From Anaerolinea sp. (lineage in GTDB: Bacteria > Chloroflexota > Anaerolineae > SpSt-313): DNA of 57,967 nt. Positions 17,068 through 27,365 of the stretch are shown in pieces; position 1 is the first letter of the stretch; each line of letters opens with the position of its first letter. The stretch lies in NCBI GenBank assembly GCA_020725765.1, contig DYEI01000123.1, forward strand, positions 1 to 57,967, in the 5' to 3' direction. A program made the translations under genes and the position numbers. The notes under the pieces were generated by a model that did no database searches, had not been told where the DNA came from, and worked only from the letters and a program-made list of their open reading frames with translations.

Positions 17068-18021
17068 ATGGATAGCGCTCTGATCGCTGGTGCTGCCAGC
17101 GCCCTGTCGATCCTTGTGGTCTTTCGGGGAATTCATCTCGTGGCCGGCCCGTCGCCGACGATAGCGGCCCGGCTTCAGACCTACGCGGCGACCGGCAGTC
17201 GCAAACAGCAGCCATCAGAAGGTCAGCGGCCACTTCAGCGGTTGATGGCCGCCCTCGACCGGGCGCTGGCGGGCCAGCAGATTGCCAGGCGCATAGCACT
17301 GTCGCTGGCACAGAGCAACCTGCGCCTGACCGTGACCGAGTTCCTTGCCAGCATGCTGGCCATGGGCCTGGCCGGTGGCGTCCTTGGCTACGCGCTGGGT
17401 GGGCATGCGCTTTCCTTCGCCGCCGGACTGCTCCTCGGCCTTGCGATTCCCTGGCTCCTGCTGGAGCGGAGGCGCCGAAGGCGCCTGGCCGCCTTCCAGG
17501 GCCAACTGGTCGACGTGCTGGTCCTCATGGTTGGATCGCTCCGCAGCGGACATGGCCTCCTCAACGCTCTGGAGCTGGCCAGCAGGGAGCTGGGGCCGCC
17601 GGCTTCGGAAGAGTTCGCCCGGGTCGTGCGCGAGATCGGCTTTGGCCTCTCCCAGTCTGAGGCGCTCGGGAACCTGGTGCGACGTATGGAGACGGACGAT
17701 CTCCAGTTGATGGTCACGGCGATCAACATCAGCCACGAGGTCGGCGGCAACCTCTCCGACATCCTCGAAAAGATCGCGGAGACCATCCGCGAGCGCATAC
17801 GGCTGAATGGCGAGGTCCGCGTCCTCACCACCCAGCAGCGCCTCACCTCCTACCTGCTGGTGGCGCTGCCGATCTTTCTGGGGATCGTGCTCTCAATCAT
17901 GAGCCCGAGGTACATGATGGGCATGTTCCGGCCTCCGTGGGTGATCATCCCGATCGTGGCCCTGCTCCTGGAGGTGGTCGGGTTCGTGCTCGCTCAGAGG
18001 CTCACCCGCATCGAGGTATGA
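17068..18021 (+). CDS. tadB: Type II secretion system F-family protein TadB
   Basis: Polytopic membrane protein with a GspF-like cytoplasmic domain. It starts 1 nt after the cpaE stop. Confidence 0.8.
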   Translation: MDSALIAGAASALSILVVFRGIHLVAGPSPTIAARLQTYAATGSRKQQPSEGQRPLQRLMAALDRALAGQQIARRIALSLAQSNLRLTVTEFLASMLAMGLAGGVLGYALGGHALSFAAGLLLGLAIPWLLLERRRRRRLAAFQGQLVDVLVLMVGSLRSGHGLLNALELASRELGPPASEEFARVVREIGFGLSQSEALGNLVRRMETDDLQLMVTAINISHEVGGNLSDILEKIAETIRERIRLNGEVRVLTTQQRLTSYLLVALPIFLGIVLSIMSPRYMMGMFRPPWVIIPIVALLLEVVGFVLAQRLTRIEV

Positions 18022-18036
18022 AGGAGGTCACGACCG

Positions 18037-18960
18037 GTGACTCAGATCGCAGCTCTCGTCGCGGTCGTCGCGGCCCTGGCCTTTGGGGTGATCTGGATCG
18101 CCATACGGATTGAGCATGAGCAGTACCGCGCCGTGCGTCGTGCCGAGCTCTTGCTCGCAGGTGATCTTCTCGCGCCGACGCTGGAGCTCCGTACTCCCTT
18201 TGCCGAGCGCGTGCTCCAGCCGCTCGTCAACCGCGTGCTGCGCTGGCTGGGGAACCTCTCGCCCAAGACGAACCTGGAGAGGCTGCGGCGCGATCTTCTC
18301 ATCGCCGGCTCGCCCCTTGGCCTGAGTCCACTGGACTTTCTTGGCCTCTGCCTGCTCACAGCCCTTGCTGGGACGGCCCTCGTTGCCGGCCTGCTCCTGA
18401 GGTCGGGCGCGGCCCTGCCGCGGCTCATTCCGATCGCTGCAGCAGGTGCCTTGCTCTCCTACCAGCTGCCGAGGTTTTTCCTCCATCGGCGCATGGCGCA
18501 GCGGCGCAAGGCCATGACCCTCGCGCTCCCGGATGCGCTGGACATGCTCACTGTGTGCGTCGATGCGGGCCTTGGCCTGGAGAGCGCCTTCCTGCGCATC
18601 GCTCAGGGTTGGGACCATGCCCTTGCTCGCGAGTTCCACCGGGTCGTCATGGAGATCGGCGTGGGCGCAAGCTGGCGAGAGGCCATGCAGAATCTGGTAT
18701 ACCGGACGGACGTGCCGGACCTGTCCTCGCTGGTAGCGGTGCTGCTCCAGGCGGACCAGCTTGGCTTCAGCATATCGGACACCTTGCACGCCCAGGCGGA
18801 GCAACTCCGGGTGCGGCGGCGTCAGCGTGCACAAGAGCTTGCCCGCGCGGCGCCGCTCAAGATGCTCTTCCCCATGGTCTTTTTCATCATGCCGGCTACT
18901 CTGGCGGTGATCCTCGGGCCGGCCCTGCCGGCCATCGTCGAGACGTTGGCCTTGCGATAA
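18037..18960 (+). CDS. tadC: Type II secretion system F-family protein TadC
   Basis: 307 aa, paralogous to TadB in layout (LPDALD..., ...RAQELA...KMLFP). GTG start with an AAGGAGG RBS. Confidence 0.8.
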   Translation: MTQIAALVAVVAALAFGVIWIAIRIEHEQYRAVRRAELLLAGDLLAPTLELRTPFAERVLQPLVNRVLRWLGNLSPKTNLERLRRDLLIAGSPLGLSPLDFLGLCLLTALAGTALVAGLLLRSGAALPRLIPIAAAGALLSYQLPRFFLHRRMAQRRKAMTLALPDALDMLTVCVDAGLGLESAFLRIAQGWDHALAREFHRVVMEIGVGASWREAMQNLVYRTDVPDLSSLVAVLLQADQLGFSISDTLHAQAEQLRVRRRQRAQELARAAPLKMLFPMVFFIMPATLAVILGPALPAIVETLALR

Positions 18961-19023
18961 GCCACATGCCGGGAAGCAACAAGCCTGGTGCCCAAAGCAT
19001 TACGAGGCGAGGAAAGAGCAAGC

Positions 19024-20370
19024 ATGCTGATACGAGGCACACGCATTCCCGCGGCTGCGACAGAACTCTCGGCTTCTGAGGCAGCGCCCGCTGGCCGCAT
19101 CGTGCCCGACACCCATCGACAGCTCGTGACATTGGTTCGGGACCGGGTTGTCGCCTCGCTGCGCTCGGATGAGGACCTCTCCGACAGCGAGATGATCCGA
19201 CGCAGGATTGCGGATGTCTGCACCGAGGTCGTGCGCGAACAGGGCATTGTCCTCGGCCGCAGCGAGCGCGAGGAGCTCCTCGAGCGGGCCATCGCAGAGA
19301 TTCTGGGCTATGGCCCTCTCGACCGATTGCTGCGCGATGACACCATCACCGAGATCATGGTCAACGGTCCCTATCAGGTCTACATCGAGCGCAACGGCAA
19401 GATTGAGCGCACGGCACTGACCTTCGACAACGAGGCTCACCTCCTGCGTATCATCGAGCGCATCGTTGCGCCGCTTGGCCGGCGCATCGACGAGGCATCA
19501 CCCATGGTCGACGCGCGCCTCCCCGATGGGTCGCGGATCAATGCGATCATCCCGCCGCTGTCACTGGTCGGCCCCGCCTTGACGGTGCGCAAGTTCTACC
19601 GCGTGCCGCTCGGCGTCGAGGACCTGGTTCGCCTCGGCACATGCACGAGCGAGTTCCTGGACTTTGTACGGGCCTGTGTGCGGGCGCGCCTGAACATCGT
19701 CATCTCCGGTGGTACGGGCGCAGGGAAGACGACCCTCCTGAACGTCTTTTCCTCCTTCCTCCCTGCTGACGAGCGTATCATTACCATTGAAGATGCGGCC
19801 GAGTTGCAGTTGCGGCAGGAGCACGTCGTCACCCTCGAGGCGCGGCCGCCCAACCTGGAGGGAAAGGGCCAGATCACGATCCGGCAGCTCGTGATCAACG
19901 CCCTGCGCATGCGCCCGGACCGCATCGTCGTTGGTGAGGTGCGCGGTGGCGAGGCACTGGACATGCTGCAGGCGATGAACACCGGCCACGATGGCTCACT
20001 GACCACGGCGCACTCCAACAGCCCACGGGACACGCTGCGCCGCCTGGAGACGATGGTCCTGATGGCGGGGATGGACCTCCCCCTGCGGGCCATCCGCGAA
20101 CAGATCGCGTCGGCGATCAACCTCATCGTGCACGTGCAGCGCCTTCGCGACGGTTCGCGCAAGGTCGTGCAGGTGTCGGAGGTATCCGGCATGGAGGGAG
20201 ATACCGTGCTCCTGCAAGACATCTTTGTGTTCAGGGAACAGGGCATGCGTGATGGGCGCATCGTCGGCTCCCTGGAGCCTACCGGTGTCCGCCCCAAGTT
20301 CTACGACCGCATCCGCTCTGTCGGCATCGACCTCGGGCCGGAGACCTTTGGGTATACGCTGCAGCGCTAG
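19024..20370 (+). CDS. cpaF: CpaF/TadA secretion ATPase
   Basis: Walker A GGTGAGKTT, followed by Asp-box and His-box regions (TGHDGSLTTAHSNS) typical of the VirB11/CpaF family. An alternative start lies at 18988. Confidence 0.9.
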   Translation: MLIRGTRIPAAATELSASEAAPAGRIVPDTHRQLVTLVRDRVVASLRSDEDLSDSEMIRRRIADVCTEVVREQGIVLGRSEREELLERAIAEILGYGPLDRLLRDDTITEIMVNGPYQVYIERNGKIERTALTFDNEAHLLRIIERIVAPLGRRIDEASPMVDARLPDGSRINAIIPPLSLVGPALTVRKFYRVPLGVEDLVRLGTCTSEFLDFVRACVRARLNIVISGGTGAGKTTLLNVFSSFLPADERIITIEDAAELQLRQEHVVTLEARPPNLEGKGQITIRQLVINALRMRPDRIVVGEVRGGEALDMLQAMNTGHDGSLTTAHSNSPRDTLRRLETMVLMAGMDLPLRAIREQIASAINLIVHVQRLRDGSRKVVQVSEVSGMEGDTVLLQDIFVFREQGMRDGRIVGSLEPTGVRPKFYDRIRSVGIDLGPETFGYTLQR

Positions 20371-20613
20371 AGGTGCGCCTCAGGGCGGGTGTCCCCGTCG
20401 TCGCATCCCCGCGCCTGGATTCCCTGCCCCCGTCCGCGCCGCGGGCCGGGAATCCAGGAAACTCTACTCTGGCCTTTCGGAGTGCAACCCGCGGTACCGT
20501 CCAGAACTCGCCGAGGGGAATCCACGATGGAGGTAATAGTGAGGGGCGAGGACCCCGAGAGGCCAGACTCCGCCACACGACACAGCGCCCCGCTCGTACA
20601 AGGCTGCTGATTC

Positions 20614-20642
20614 TGGACAGCACCCGCCACGCGTGGTATAAT
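20614..20642 (+). promoter_or_regulatory. Promoter for ssrA
   Basis: TGGACA, 17-bp spacer, TATAAT (20637-20642). The tmRNA 5' end is at 20651. Confidence 0.6.
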
Positions 20643-20650
20643 GTGGCTGC

Positions 20651-21068
20651 GGGGATGACAGGTCTCGACAGGGAGGGCTGGCCCGCGATTGCAAGCCGAG
20701 GTGCCCCAACCTCGCAAATCAGGGGCAAAACCACAAGTGCCAACAGAGCACAGACTCCGGCGTACGCCTACGCCATGGCTGCCTAACGGCAGCTAGGGCG
20801 CAGACGGCGCCCGATCACCTAGCGTGATCACGCCCGCCCCGGGTGCGCCCGGCTGGCTCGGGGACGGGCGCCAGGCACAGCAGGGTGCGGCCCGTCGACG
20901 CCGATAGGCGGGCTCAAGCCGCAGGCGATGAGCCGGCGGGATCGGCTGGCCCTCCGGGAACTCGGTCGGTGGAGGTCCGGGAGGGTGAGACCCAAAACGC
21001 CGACTAAGCTTGTAGTACATCGCTGGTCGAACTTTCTGGACGCGGGTTCGATTCCCGCCATCTCCACC
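20651..21068 (+). ncRNA. ssrA: tmRNA (SsrA)
   Basis: The 5' end GGGGATGACAGGTCTCGAC pairs with the 3' end CATCTCC-A-CC (G3:U70). T arm GGACGCGGGTTCGATTCCCGCC. The tag ORF GCC AAC ... GCT GCC TAA (20739-20786) encodes ANRAQTPAYAYAMAA*. Confidence 0.92.
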
Positions 21069-21070
21069 TC

Positions 21071-21102
21071 GGGCGCAGGTCCGTGGAGGCCTGCGCCCTT
21101 TT
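21071..21102 (+). terminator. Intrinsic terminator after ssrA
   Basis: GGGCGCAGG ... CCTGCGCCC followed by TTTT. Confidence 0.8.
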
Positions 21103-21242
21103 GACGTGCTGCGGCCTGCTCCGGCTGCCCGGAGCAGGAGCCGCCTGCCATTGCGCAGAACACCCGCATCTTCCGCTGCCTGGCCTCGGCCAGGGCGCCG
21201 AGGAGCAGGCACAGCCCAGCCCAGACTCCAGGAGGTGACCAC

Positions 21243-22109
21243 ATGCGCAGCGCTCGCATCGCCGTGATCGGCGGCACCGGCCTCTACAAAATGGAGGGCG
21301 TGACCGACATCGAGGAGGTCAATCTGGAAACGCCCTTCGGACCACCGAGCGACGCGATTGTGCTTGGCCGGCTGGCTGGCGAGAGCGTGGCCTTTCTGCC
21401 GCGCCACGGCCGCGGGCACCGGCACTCACCCTCCGAGGTGCCCTCACGGGCCAACATCTATGCACTCAAGTCCCTGGGCGTGGAGCGCATCATCTCGGTA
21501 AGTGCGTGCGGCTCCCTCCGGGAAGAGATCGCGCCGCTCGACGTGGTGATCCCCAACCAGCTTTTCGACCGCACGAAGGGAATCAGGCCGGCCACCTTCT
21601 TTGGCGAGGGGATCGTGGCGCACATTGGCTTCGCGGACCCGTTCTGTCCTGACCTCAGCGCCGTCCTGTACGAGACTGCGCGGGACCAGGGCGTTCGCGT
21701 GCATCGTGGCGGCACTTTTGTGGTCATCGAGGGGCCGCAGTTCTCGACTCGGGGCGAGTCGGAGGTGTACCGGCAGTGGGGCATGGACATCATTGGGATG
21801 ACGGCCCTGCCGGAGGCCAAGCTGGCGCGCGAGGCCGAGATTTGCTATGCGACGCTGGCCATGGTCACCGACTATGACGTGTGGAAAGTCAGCGAGGAGC
21901 CGGTCACGGTAGAGGTGGTCGTGCGCAACCTGCATCAGAACGTGCAGACGGCCCAGGCCATCATTCGGGGCGCGATCCGGTGCATCGCCCGGGAGCGCAC
22001 GTGCCCCTGTCCCCATGCCCTTGAGAATGCCATCATCACCGATCCAGCGGCGATTCCCAGCGTGCGGAGAGAGCAGCTTGCGCTGCTGATAGGCAAGTAT
22101 CTCCCCTAA
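21243..22109 (+). CDS. mtnP: S-methyl-5'-thioadenosine phosphorylase
   Basis: 288 aa. IGGTGLY...FLPRHGRGH...ANIYALKSLGV...SACGSL is a PNP/MTAP family signature. GGAGGTG RBS. Confidence 0.88.
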   Translation: MRSARIAVIGGTGLYKMEGVTDIEEVNLETPFGPPSDAIVLGRLAGESVAFLPRHGRGHRHSPSEVPSRANIYALKSLGVERIISVSACGSLREEIAPLDVVIPNQLFDRTKGIRPATFFGEGIVAHIGFADPFCPDLSAVLYETARDQGVRVHRGGTFVVIEGPQFSTRGESEVYRQWGMDIIGMTALPEAKLAREAEICYATLAMVTDYDVWKVSEEPVTVEVVVRNLHQNVQTAQAIIRGAIRCIARERTCPCPHALENAIITDPAAIPSVRREQLALLIGKYLP

Positions 22110-22217
22110 CCTGCGCCAGCAGCCCTGTACCCACAGAAGCTCTGCATCGCCCACAATTCCTTTCGCATAGCCTAACGTGGCTCAAGGTAGCGAAGTGGGA
22201 CAGGGTTGTGCTTTGGG

Positions 22218-22736
22218 CTAGTGACTATGCGAAGAGCGGGCGAGCGCGAACCGCTCCTCCAGCAGGTCCACAACCGCCCCTACCTGTTCGAACCCGAACT
22301 GCGGCACTGCTAGGCCAGGATACGGCTCGTCCGTTACCAACGCCAGCAGTTCCTCCGCACCACACAGGAGCTCCCGCCCACAGGCCGCACGCGACACCTC
22401 GATCTTGGGCTTGTCCCCCCGCTTGTAGCCTTCCGTCAACACGATGTCTACCGGCACCGGCAGGTGCTCCACGAGCTCGTCCAGCGCGATCTCCCCAGCG
22501 CTCCGCCCAATCATGGCGAACCGCTGCGGCGAGACAATGGCCACCAGGTCACTCCCCGCCTGCGCATGCCGCCAGCTGTCCTTCCCCGGGCGGTCCATCT
22601 CAAAGCCGTGCACATCGTGCTTGACCGTCGCCACCCGGTAGCCCCGCCGCTTCAGCTCGGCAATCAGGCTCTCCAGCAGCGTCGTCTTGCCCACGTTCGA
22701 GCGCCCCACTACCGACACCACCGGTACCGAAGACAT
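22218..22736 (-). CDS. mobB: Molybdopterin-guanine dinucleotide biosynthesis protein B
   Basis: Walker A VVGRSNVGKTTLL and the KHDVHGFEMDRPGKDSWRH motif. Start taken at the internal ATG. Confidence 0.85.
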   Translation of the reverse strand: MSSVPVVSVVGRSNVGKTTLLESLIAELKRRGYRVATVKHDVHGFEMDRPGKDSWRHAQAGSDLVAIVSPQRFAMIGRSAGEIALDELVEHLPVPVDIVLTEGYKRGDKPKIEVSRAACGRELLCGAEELLALVTDEPYPGLAVPQFGFEQVGAVVDLLEERFALARSSHSH

Positions 22737-22912
22737 CTCCCCTGCTCCACTCCTGTCACAGTCCATTGCATTCTAGCCCCGCACACGTTGCGGCACAAGC
22801 CAAGGCCTACCGGACGGACGCCCCCGCGCTCCGCCTGCCACACGCGAGGGTCCGGCCGCCAACCCCAGCAGCCGGACCCTCGCGTGTGCCTGCTGAACCG
22901 ACCAGCCTGCCC

Positions 22913-24406
22913 TCAGGGCGCTGGCGGCTTCCATCGCAGACGCGGCTCGCGTGCGGCACGGACCTCATCCAGTCGCCCGACGGGTGTCGTGTGCGGTGCG
23001 TCGTGCAATAGCTCGGGCTGCGTTCGTGCCTCCTCCGCGATGCGCGTCATCGCATCGACGAACGCATCGAGCGTCTCCTTGCTCTCCGTCTCCGTCGGCT
23101 CGATCATCAGAGCCTCATGCACGATCAGCGGGAAATAGTTCGTCGGCGGATGCATGCCATAGTCCATGAGGCGCTTGGAGATATCCAGTGCCCGGATGCC
23201 CGGTGCATCCGCGAGGCGCCCCTCAAGCACAAACTCGTGCATGCACGGCCGGTCGTACGGAAGCGGATACACCTGCTTCAGCCGGGCCTGCAGGTAGTTG
23301 GCGTTGAGTACGGCATCCTCGCTGGCCTGCCGAAGCCCCGCTCCCCCCAGCATGCGGATGTAGGTGTAGGCCCGCACCATCACCCCAAAGTTGCCGTAGA
23401 AGGCCTTCAGCCGCCCAATGGACGAGCCCGGCTGAGACAACTCATAGCGGTAGCAGAACTCGTCGTGCTCATCGTCGGGCCCGCACGTGCAGGCCTCCTC
23501 GTCCAGAGTGCGTATCACGACGGGGCCCGGCAGGAACCTCGCCAGCTCTTCCGTGACACCCACTGGCCCCGAGCCCGGGCCGCCGCCCCCGTGCGGCGTC
23601 GAGAACGTCTTGTGCAGGTTGAAATGCATGACGTCAAAGCCCAGGGCTGCCGGCTTGGCGATGCCCATCAGCGCGTTCAGGTTCGCTCCGTCGCCATACA
23701 TGAGGCCGCCCGCCCCATGCACGAGGCGCGCGACCTCCTCCAGATGCTCGTCGAACAGCCCCAACGTGTTGGGATTGGTGAGCATCATGCCGATCACACG
23801 GTCATCCAGATTGGCCCGCAGGTCGTCGAGATCTACGTTCCCCCTCGAATCCGACCTGAGCTGGACAACCTCGAGTCCACTCATCGTGGTGCTCGCGGGG
23901 TTGGTCCCATGCGCAGAATCGGGGATCAGGATGCGAGAGCGGCCCGTATCGCCCCGATCCAGATGGTATGCCCGCATGATCAGGATCCCGGCGAACTCGC
24001 CGTGCGCCCCAGCGGCGGGTTGCAGGCTGACCGCAGCGAACCCGCTGATCTCCCGCAGATAGCACTGCAGGTCGTACATCAGCTTGAGGTTGCCTTGCAC
24101 CGTGTCTTCGGGCTGCAGGGGATGCGTCTGCGCAAAGCCGGGCAGTCGACAGGCCTCCTCGTTGACCTTGGGGTTGTACTTCATCGTGCAGGAACCCAGC
24201 GGGTAAAAGCCCGTATCGACGCCATAGTTGAGCTGCGACAGCCGCACATAGTGCCGCACGAGATCAACTTCGCTGACCTCGGGCAGAAGCGGCGCCTCTT
24301 CACGCACCCACTCCGAGGGCAGGTCCGCGGGTGGCACATCGGTCTTGGGCAGGAAGCACGCGCATCTGCCCGGCCGGCTGAGCTCATAGATGAGTTTCTC
24401 GGTCAC
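22913..24406 (-). CDS. gcvPB: Glycine dehydrogenase (aminomethyl-transferring) subunit 2
   Basis: 497 aa with the PLP-lysine region [20 protein letters not shown] overlap with gcvPA. Confidence 0.93.
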   Translation of the reverse strand: MTEKLIYELSRPGRCACFLPKTDVPPADLPSEWVREEAPLLPEVSEVDLVRHYVRLSQLNYGVDTGFYPLGSCTMKYNPKVNEEACRLPGFAQTHPLQPEDTVQGNLKLMYDLQCYLREISGFAAVSLQPAAGAHGEFAGILIMRAYHLDRGDTGRSRILIPDSAHGTNPASTTMSGLEVVQLRSDSRGNVDLDDLRANLDDRVIGMMLTNPNTLGLFDEHLEEVARLVHGAGGLMYGDGANLNALMGIAKPAALGFDVMHFNLHKTFSTPHGGGGPGSGPVGVTEELARFLPGPVVIRTLDEEACTCGPDDEHDEFCYRYELSQPGSSIGRLKAFYGNFGVMVRAYTYIRMLGGAGLRQASEDAVLNANYLQARLKQVYPLPYDRPCMHEFVLEGRLADAPGIRALDISKRLMDYGMHPPTNYFPLIVHEALMIEPTETESKETLDAFVDAMTRIAEEARTQPELLHDAPHTTPVGRLDEVRAAREPRLRWKPPAP

Positions 24407-25764
24407 TCCCCGCCTCCCTCACCGATGATGCGGAGCGCCATCACCAGGTCGTCGATCTGCGCCCGAGTGTTGAGCTCTGTCACACAGAGGAGCATATGCC
24501 CCGCGAGATGCGGATAGTCGCGGCCGAGGTCATAACCCCCCAGGATATCCCACTCCATCAGCTCGGCGTTGATCTCCTCCACAGGGATCGGGCAGCGAAC
24601 CACAAACTCTTTGAAGAACGGGCGATCGCCGAGGACCGCAAAGCCCGGCACCTGCGCGATCCGTTTCGCCGCATAGTGCGACCTGTGGTAGCACAGCTCT
24701 GCCACCTGCCGCAGACCCCGCGGCCCCAGTGCCGCCAGATACACCGACGCCGCCAGTGCGCACAGCGCCTCGTTGGTACAGATGTTGGAGGTGGCGCGCT
24801 CCCGCCGGATGTGCTGCTCCCGGGTGGCCAGCGTGAGCACGTAGCCGCGGCGGCCCTGGGCATCGACCGTCTCACCGACCAGCCGCCCGGCCATTCGCCT
24901 GACATACTCCTCGCGACACGCGAAGAACCCCAGATAGGGTCCCCCAAAGCTCGGTGGGAGCCCGAGGGCCTGCCCCTCACCCACGACAATGTCCGCCCCA
25001 TACGCTGCCGGGGGCTTGAGCAGCCCCAGCGAGATGGGGTCTACCGACACCACAAACAGCGCCCCTGCCCGATGGGTTGCGTCGGCGAGCGCCGAAAGCG
25101 TCTCGGGTGAATCAAGCCCGCCGAAGAAATCAGGCACCTGCACGATGACGCAGGCTGTATCGCCATCTATCCGCTCTGCCAGCCGGCCGATGTCGGCCGT
25201 CAGGTCCTCGTCTCCGACGACCTGAACGCCCATGCCCTGCGTGTAGGTCCGCACCACCTCCCGGTACTGCGGGTGGACCGCAGGCGCCACGACCGCCTTG
25301 CGCCGCTTGCCACGGCCCACGCTGATGGCCATGATCACCGCCTCGGCCATGGCCGTCGCCCCGTCATAGTGCGAGGCGTTCGAAACGTCCATGCCCGTCA
25401 GGCCACAGATCATGCTCTGGTACTCAAAGATCGTCTGCAGCGTGCCCTGACTGATCTCCGGTTGGTAGGGCGTGTAGGCCGTATAGAACTCGGAGCGCCC
25501 GATCACATGCTGCACGACGCTGGGGATATAGTGGCGATAGGCGCCGGCCCCGAGGAAGCAAGCCAGATGGTCGAGGTCCGCGTTCGAGTCGCTCAGCGCC
25601 CGGAGCTCCTCCAGCACCTCGGCCTCCGAAAGGGGCTCGGGTAGCTTCAGCTCGGGGAATCGCACCGACTCCGGCACGACCGCGAACAACTCCTCGACGG
25701 AGCGCACGCCTATCGCGGCCAGCATCTCCCGCCGGTCTGCGTCGGTATGCGGAACATAGGACAT
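24403..25764 (-). CDS. gcvPA: Glycine dehydrogenase subunit 1
   Basis: 453 aa. FLGAGAY.HYIP...[11 protein letters not shown] are typical P-protein alpha motifs. Confidence 0.93.
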   Translation of the reverse strand: MSYVPHTDADRREMLAAIGVRSVEELFAVVPESVRFPELKLPEPLSEAEVLEELRALSDSNADLDHLACFLGAGAYRHYIPSVVQHVIGRSEFYTAYTPYQPEISQGTLQTIFEYQSMICGLTGMDVSNASHYDGATAMAEAVIMAISVGRGKRRKAVVAPAVHPQYREVVRTYTQGMGVQVVGDEDLTADIGRLAERIDGDTACVIVQVPDFFGGLDSPETLSALADATHRAGALFVVSVDPISLGLLKPPAAYGADIVVGEGQALGLPPSFGGPYLGFFACREEYVRRMAGRLVGETVDAQGRRGYVLTLATREQHIRRERATSNICTNEALCALAASVYLAALGPRGLRQVAELCYHRSHYAAKRIAQVPGFAVLGDRPFFKEFVVRCPIPVEEINAELMEWDILGGYDLGRDYPHLAGHMLLCVTELNTRAQIDDLVMALRIIGEGGGE

Positions 25765-26160
25765 CTAGTGCGCTCCTTCCAGGCTCGAGACGTACTCCTC
25801 ATAGCTGGCCGCATCCATCAGCTGCTCGATCTCGGCCGGGTCATCGGGCCTGAATCGGATCATCCACCCCGCGCCATACGGGTCGGTGTTCACCTGCTGG
25901 GGCTCGTCGGCGAGGCTCTCATTGACGGCCGTGATCGTGCCTCCGACAGGCATATAGTTGTCGGAGGCCGCCTTCACCGACTCGACCACCCCATACACCT
26001 CGCCCTTGCCAAAGTGCTCCCCTATGGCCGGCAGCTCCACGTAGACGATATCGCTCAGCTGCTCCTGGGCATAGTCCGTGATGCCCGAAACGGCCTCGTC
26101 ACCTTCGAGGCGTACCCACTCGTGCGTCCGGGTATAGCGACTCGCCCTGTCCACCTTCAT
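25765..26160 (-). CDS. gcvH: Glycine cleavage system H protein (lipoyl carrier)
   Basis: 131 aa with the lipoyl-lysine motif VESVKAASD. Confidence 0.93.
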   Translation of the reverse strand: MKVDRASRYTRTHEWVRLEGDEAVSGITDYAQEQLSDIVYVELPAIGEHFGKGEVYGVVESVKAASDNYMPVGGTITAVNESLADEPQQVNTDPYGAGWMIRFRPDDPAEIEQLMDAASYEEYVSSLEGAH

Positions 26161-26189
26161 TGTGTTCTCCTCCTGTCAGCACTGACCGC

Positions 26190-27296
26190 TCATGCCGGCT
26201 GGCGCCGGTAGGCTGGCGTGTAGAACGGTGTCTTGACCACCCTGGCCCGCTTCGCCTCACCGCGTATCATCACCTGTACCTCGGTGCCGATGGCAGCCTG
26301 GGTCGGTGGCACGAAGGCGAGGGCAAGGTACTTGCCAGGCGTTGGCGCATACATCCCTGTGGTCACCTCCCCGATGGTACGCCCATCGAGGGCCACCGCA
26401 TAGCCGTGCCGCGGCACCCCCCGATCAACCATCTCGAGCCCCACCAGCTTCCGCTGCGGGCCCTCCAGCCTGACCTTCAGAAGGGCGCCCCGACCCACAA
26501 ACTCCCCTTTCTCGAAAGAGACCGCCCAACCCAATCCGGCCTCCAGCGGGTTGATCGTCGCCGAGATCTCCTGCCCGTAGAGGGGCAGCTTTGGCTCGAA
26601 GCGAAGACTGTCGCGCGCGGCCAGGCCAATCGGCTTGAGGCCAAGGGGGGCGCCGGCCTCCATAAGGCCATCCCACAGCAGAGTCGCTTTCTCGCGAGGG
26701 AAGAAGAGCTCAAAGCCGTCCTCGCCGGTATAGCCGGTACGTCCGATGAGGGTCGGCACGCCCGCCACCTTGCTCTCTGTAGCCCGATGGAAGGGCAGCT
26801 TGTCCAGTTGTGCCGGGGTCAGCTTCTGGAGGATCGCCTCCGCCTGCGGCCCCTGCAGCGCCAGCATGTACGTCTCCTCAGAGACGTTCTCTACCGTGGC
26901 CTGAAAGCGCCCGACATGGTAGCGGAACCAGAGGGTGTCCTTCTCCACGTTGGCGGCGTTGATCGCGATAAAGTACCGGTCGGGCAACCGGTATACAAAC
27001 ACATCGTCAACGACTCCGCCGTCGTCGTAGCAGACGAGCGAGTATCGGGCCTCGCCGGTCGCCATGCGGCTGATGTCCGCAGTCAGCACGTGCTGCAGGA
27101 AGGGCAGCGCGTCCGGGCCCCTGACCACGATCTGCCCCATATGATCGATGTCGAAGAGTCCCGCTGCCCGGCGGACGGTATGGTGCTCCTCGATGGGACC
27201 TGTGGGGTACTGCACGGGCAAGAGCCAGCCCGCAAAGTCGATCATCCGGCCGTTCAACGCGACGTGGCGTGCGTAGAGCTCTGTCCTCCTCGCCAT
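26190..27296 (-). CDS. gcvT: Aminomethyltransferase (glycine cleavage T protein)
   Basis: RTELY..H...G....FAGW..P..Y and the rest of the GcvT layout. The ATG at 27296 is preceded by AAGGAGG. Confidence 0.93.
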   Translation of the reverse strand: MARRTELYARHVALNGRMIDFAGWLLPVQYPTGPIEEHHTVRRAAGLFDIDHMGQIVVRGPDALPFLQHVLTADISRMATGEARYSLVCYDDGGVVDDVFVYRLPDRYFIAINAANVEKDTLWFRYHVGRFQATVENVSEETYMLALQGPQAEAILQKLTPAQLDKLPFHRATESKVAGVPTLIGRTGYTGEDGFELFFPREKATLLWDGLMEAGAPLGLKPIGLAARDSLRFEPKLPLYGQEISATINPLEAGLGWAVSFEKGEFVGRGALLKVRLEGPQRKLVGLEMVDRGVPRHGYAVALDGRTIGEVTTGMYAPTPGKYLALAFVPPTQAAIGTEVQVMIRGEAKRARVVKTPFYTPAYRRQPA

Positions 27297-27365
27297 GCGT
27301 TCCTCCTTGACCTCTACCAGCATGGTACCGAGCGGCCCCGTTGCCGCCTCTGCCCTGACCCTTCG

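Noticed and set aside
20371-20650. A small ORF or attachment-site direct repeat between cpaF and ssrA that would mark an island boundary.
   Set aside because: Only an inverted repeat (CCTGGATTCCC...GGGAATCCAGG, 20412-20458) and the ssrA promoter are evident. I found no sequence duplicated from the smpB-side junction or from the ssrA 3' end.
27297-27365. A glycine riboswitch in front of gcvT.
   Set aside because: The gap is only 69 nt and lacks the tandem GGAGAG...CACCGAAGGGGCAA-type aptamer motifs. The region upstream of the first radical-SAM gene (29237-29280) holds just a promoter and a very short leader.
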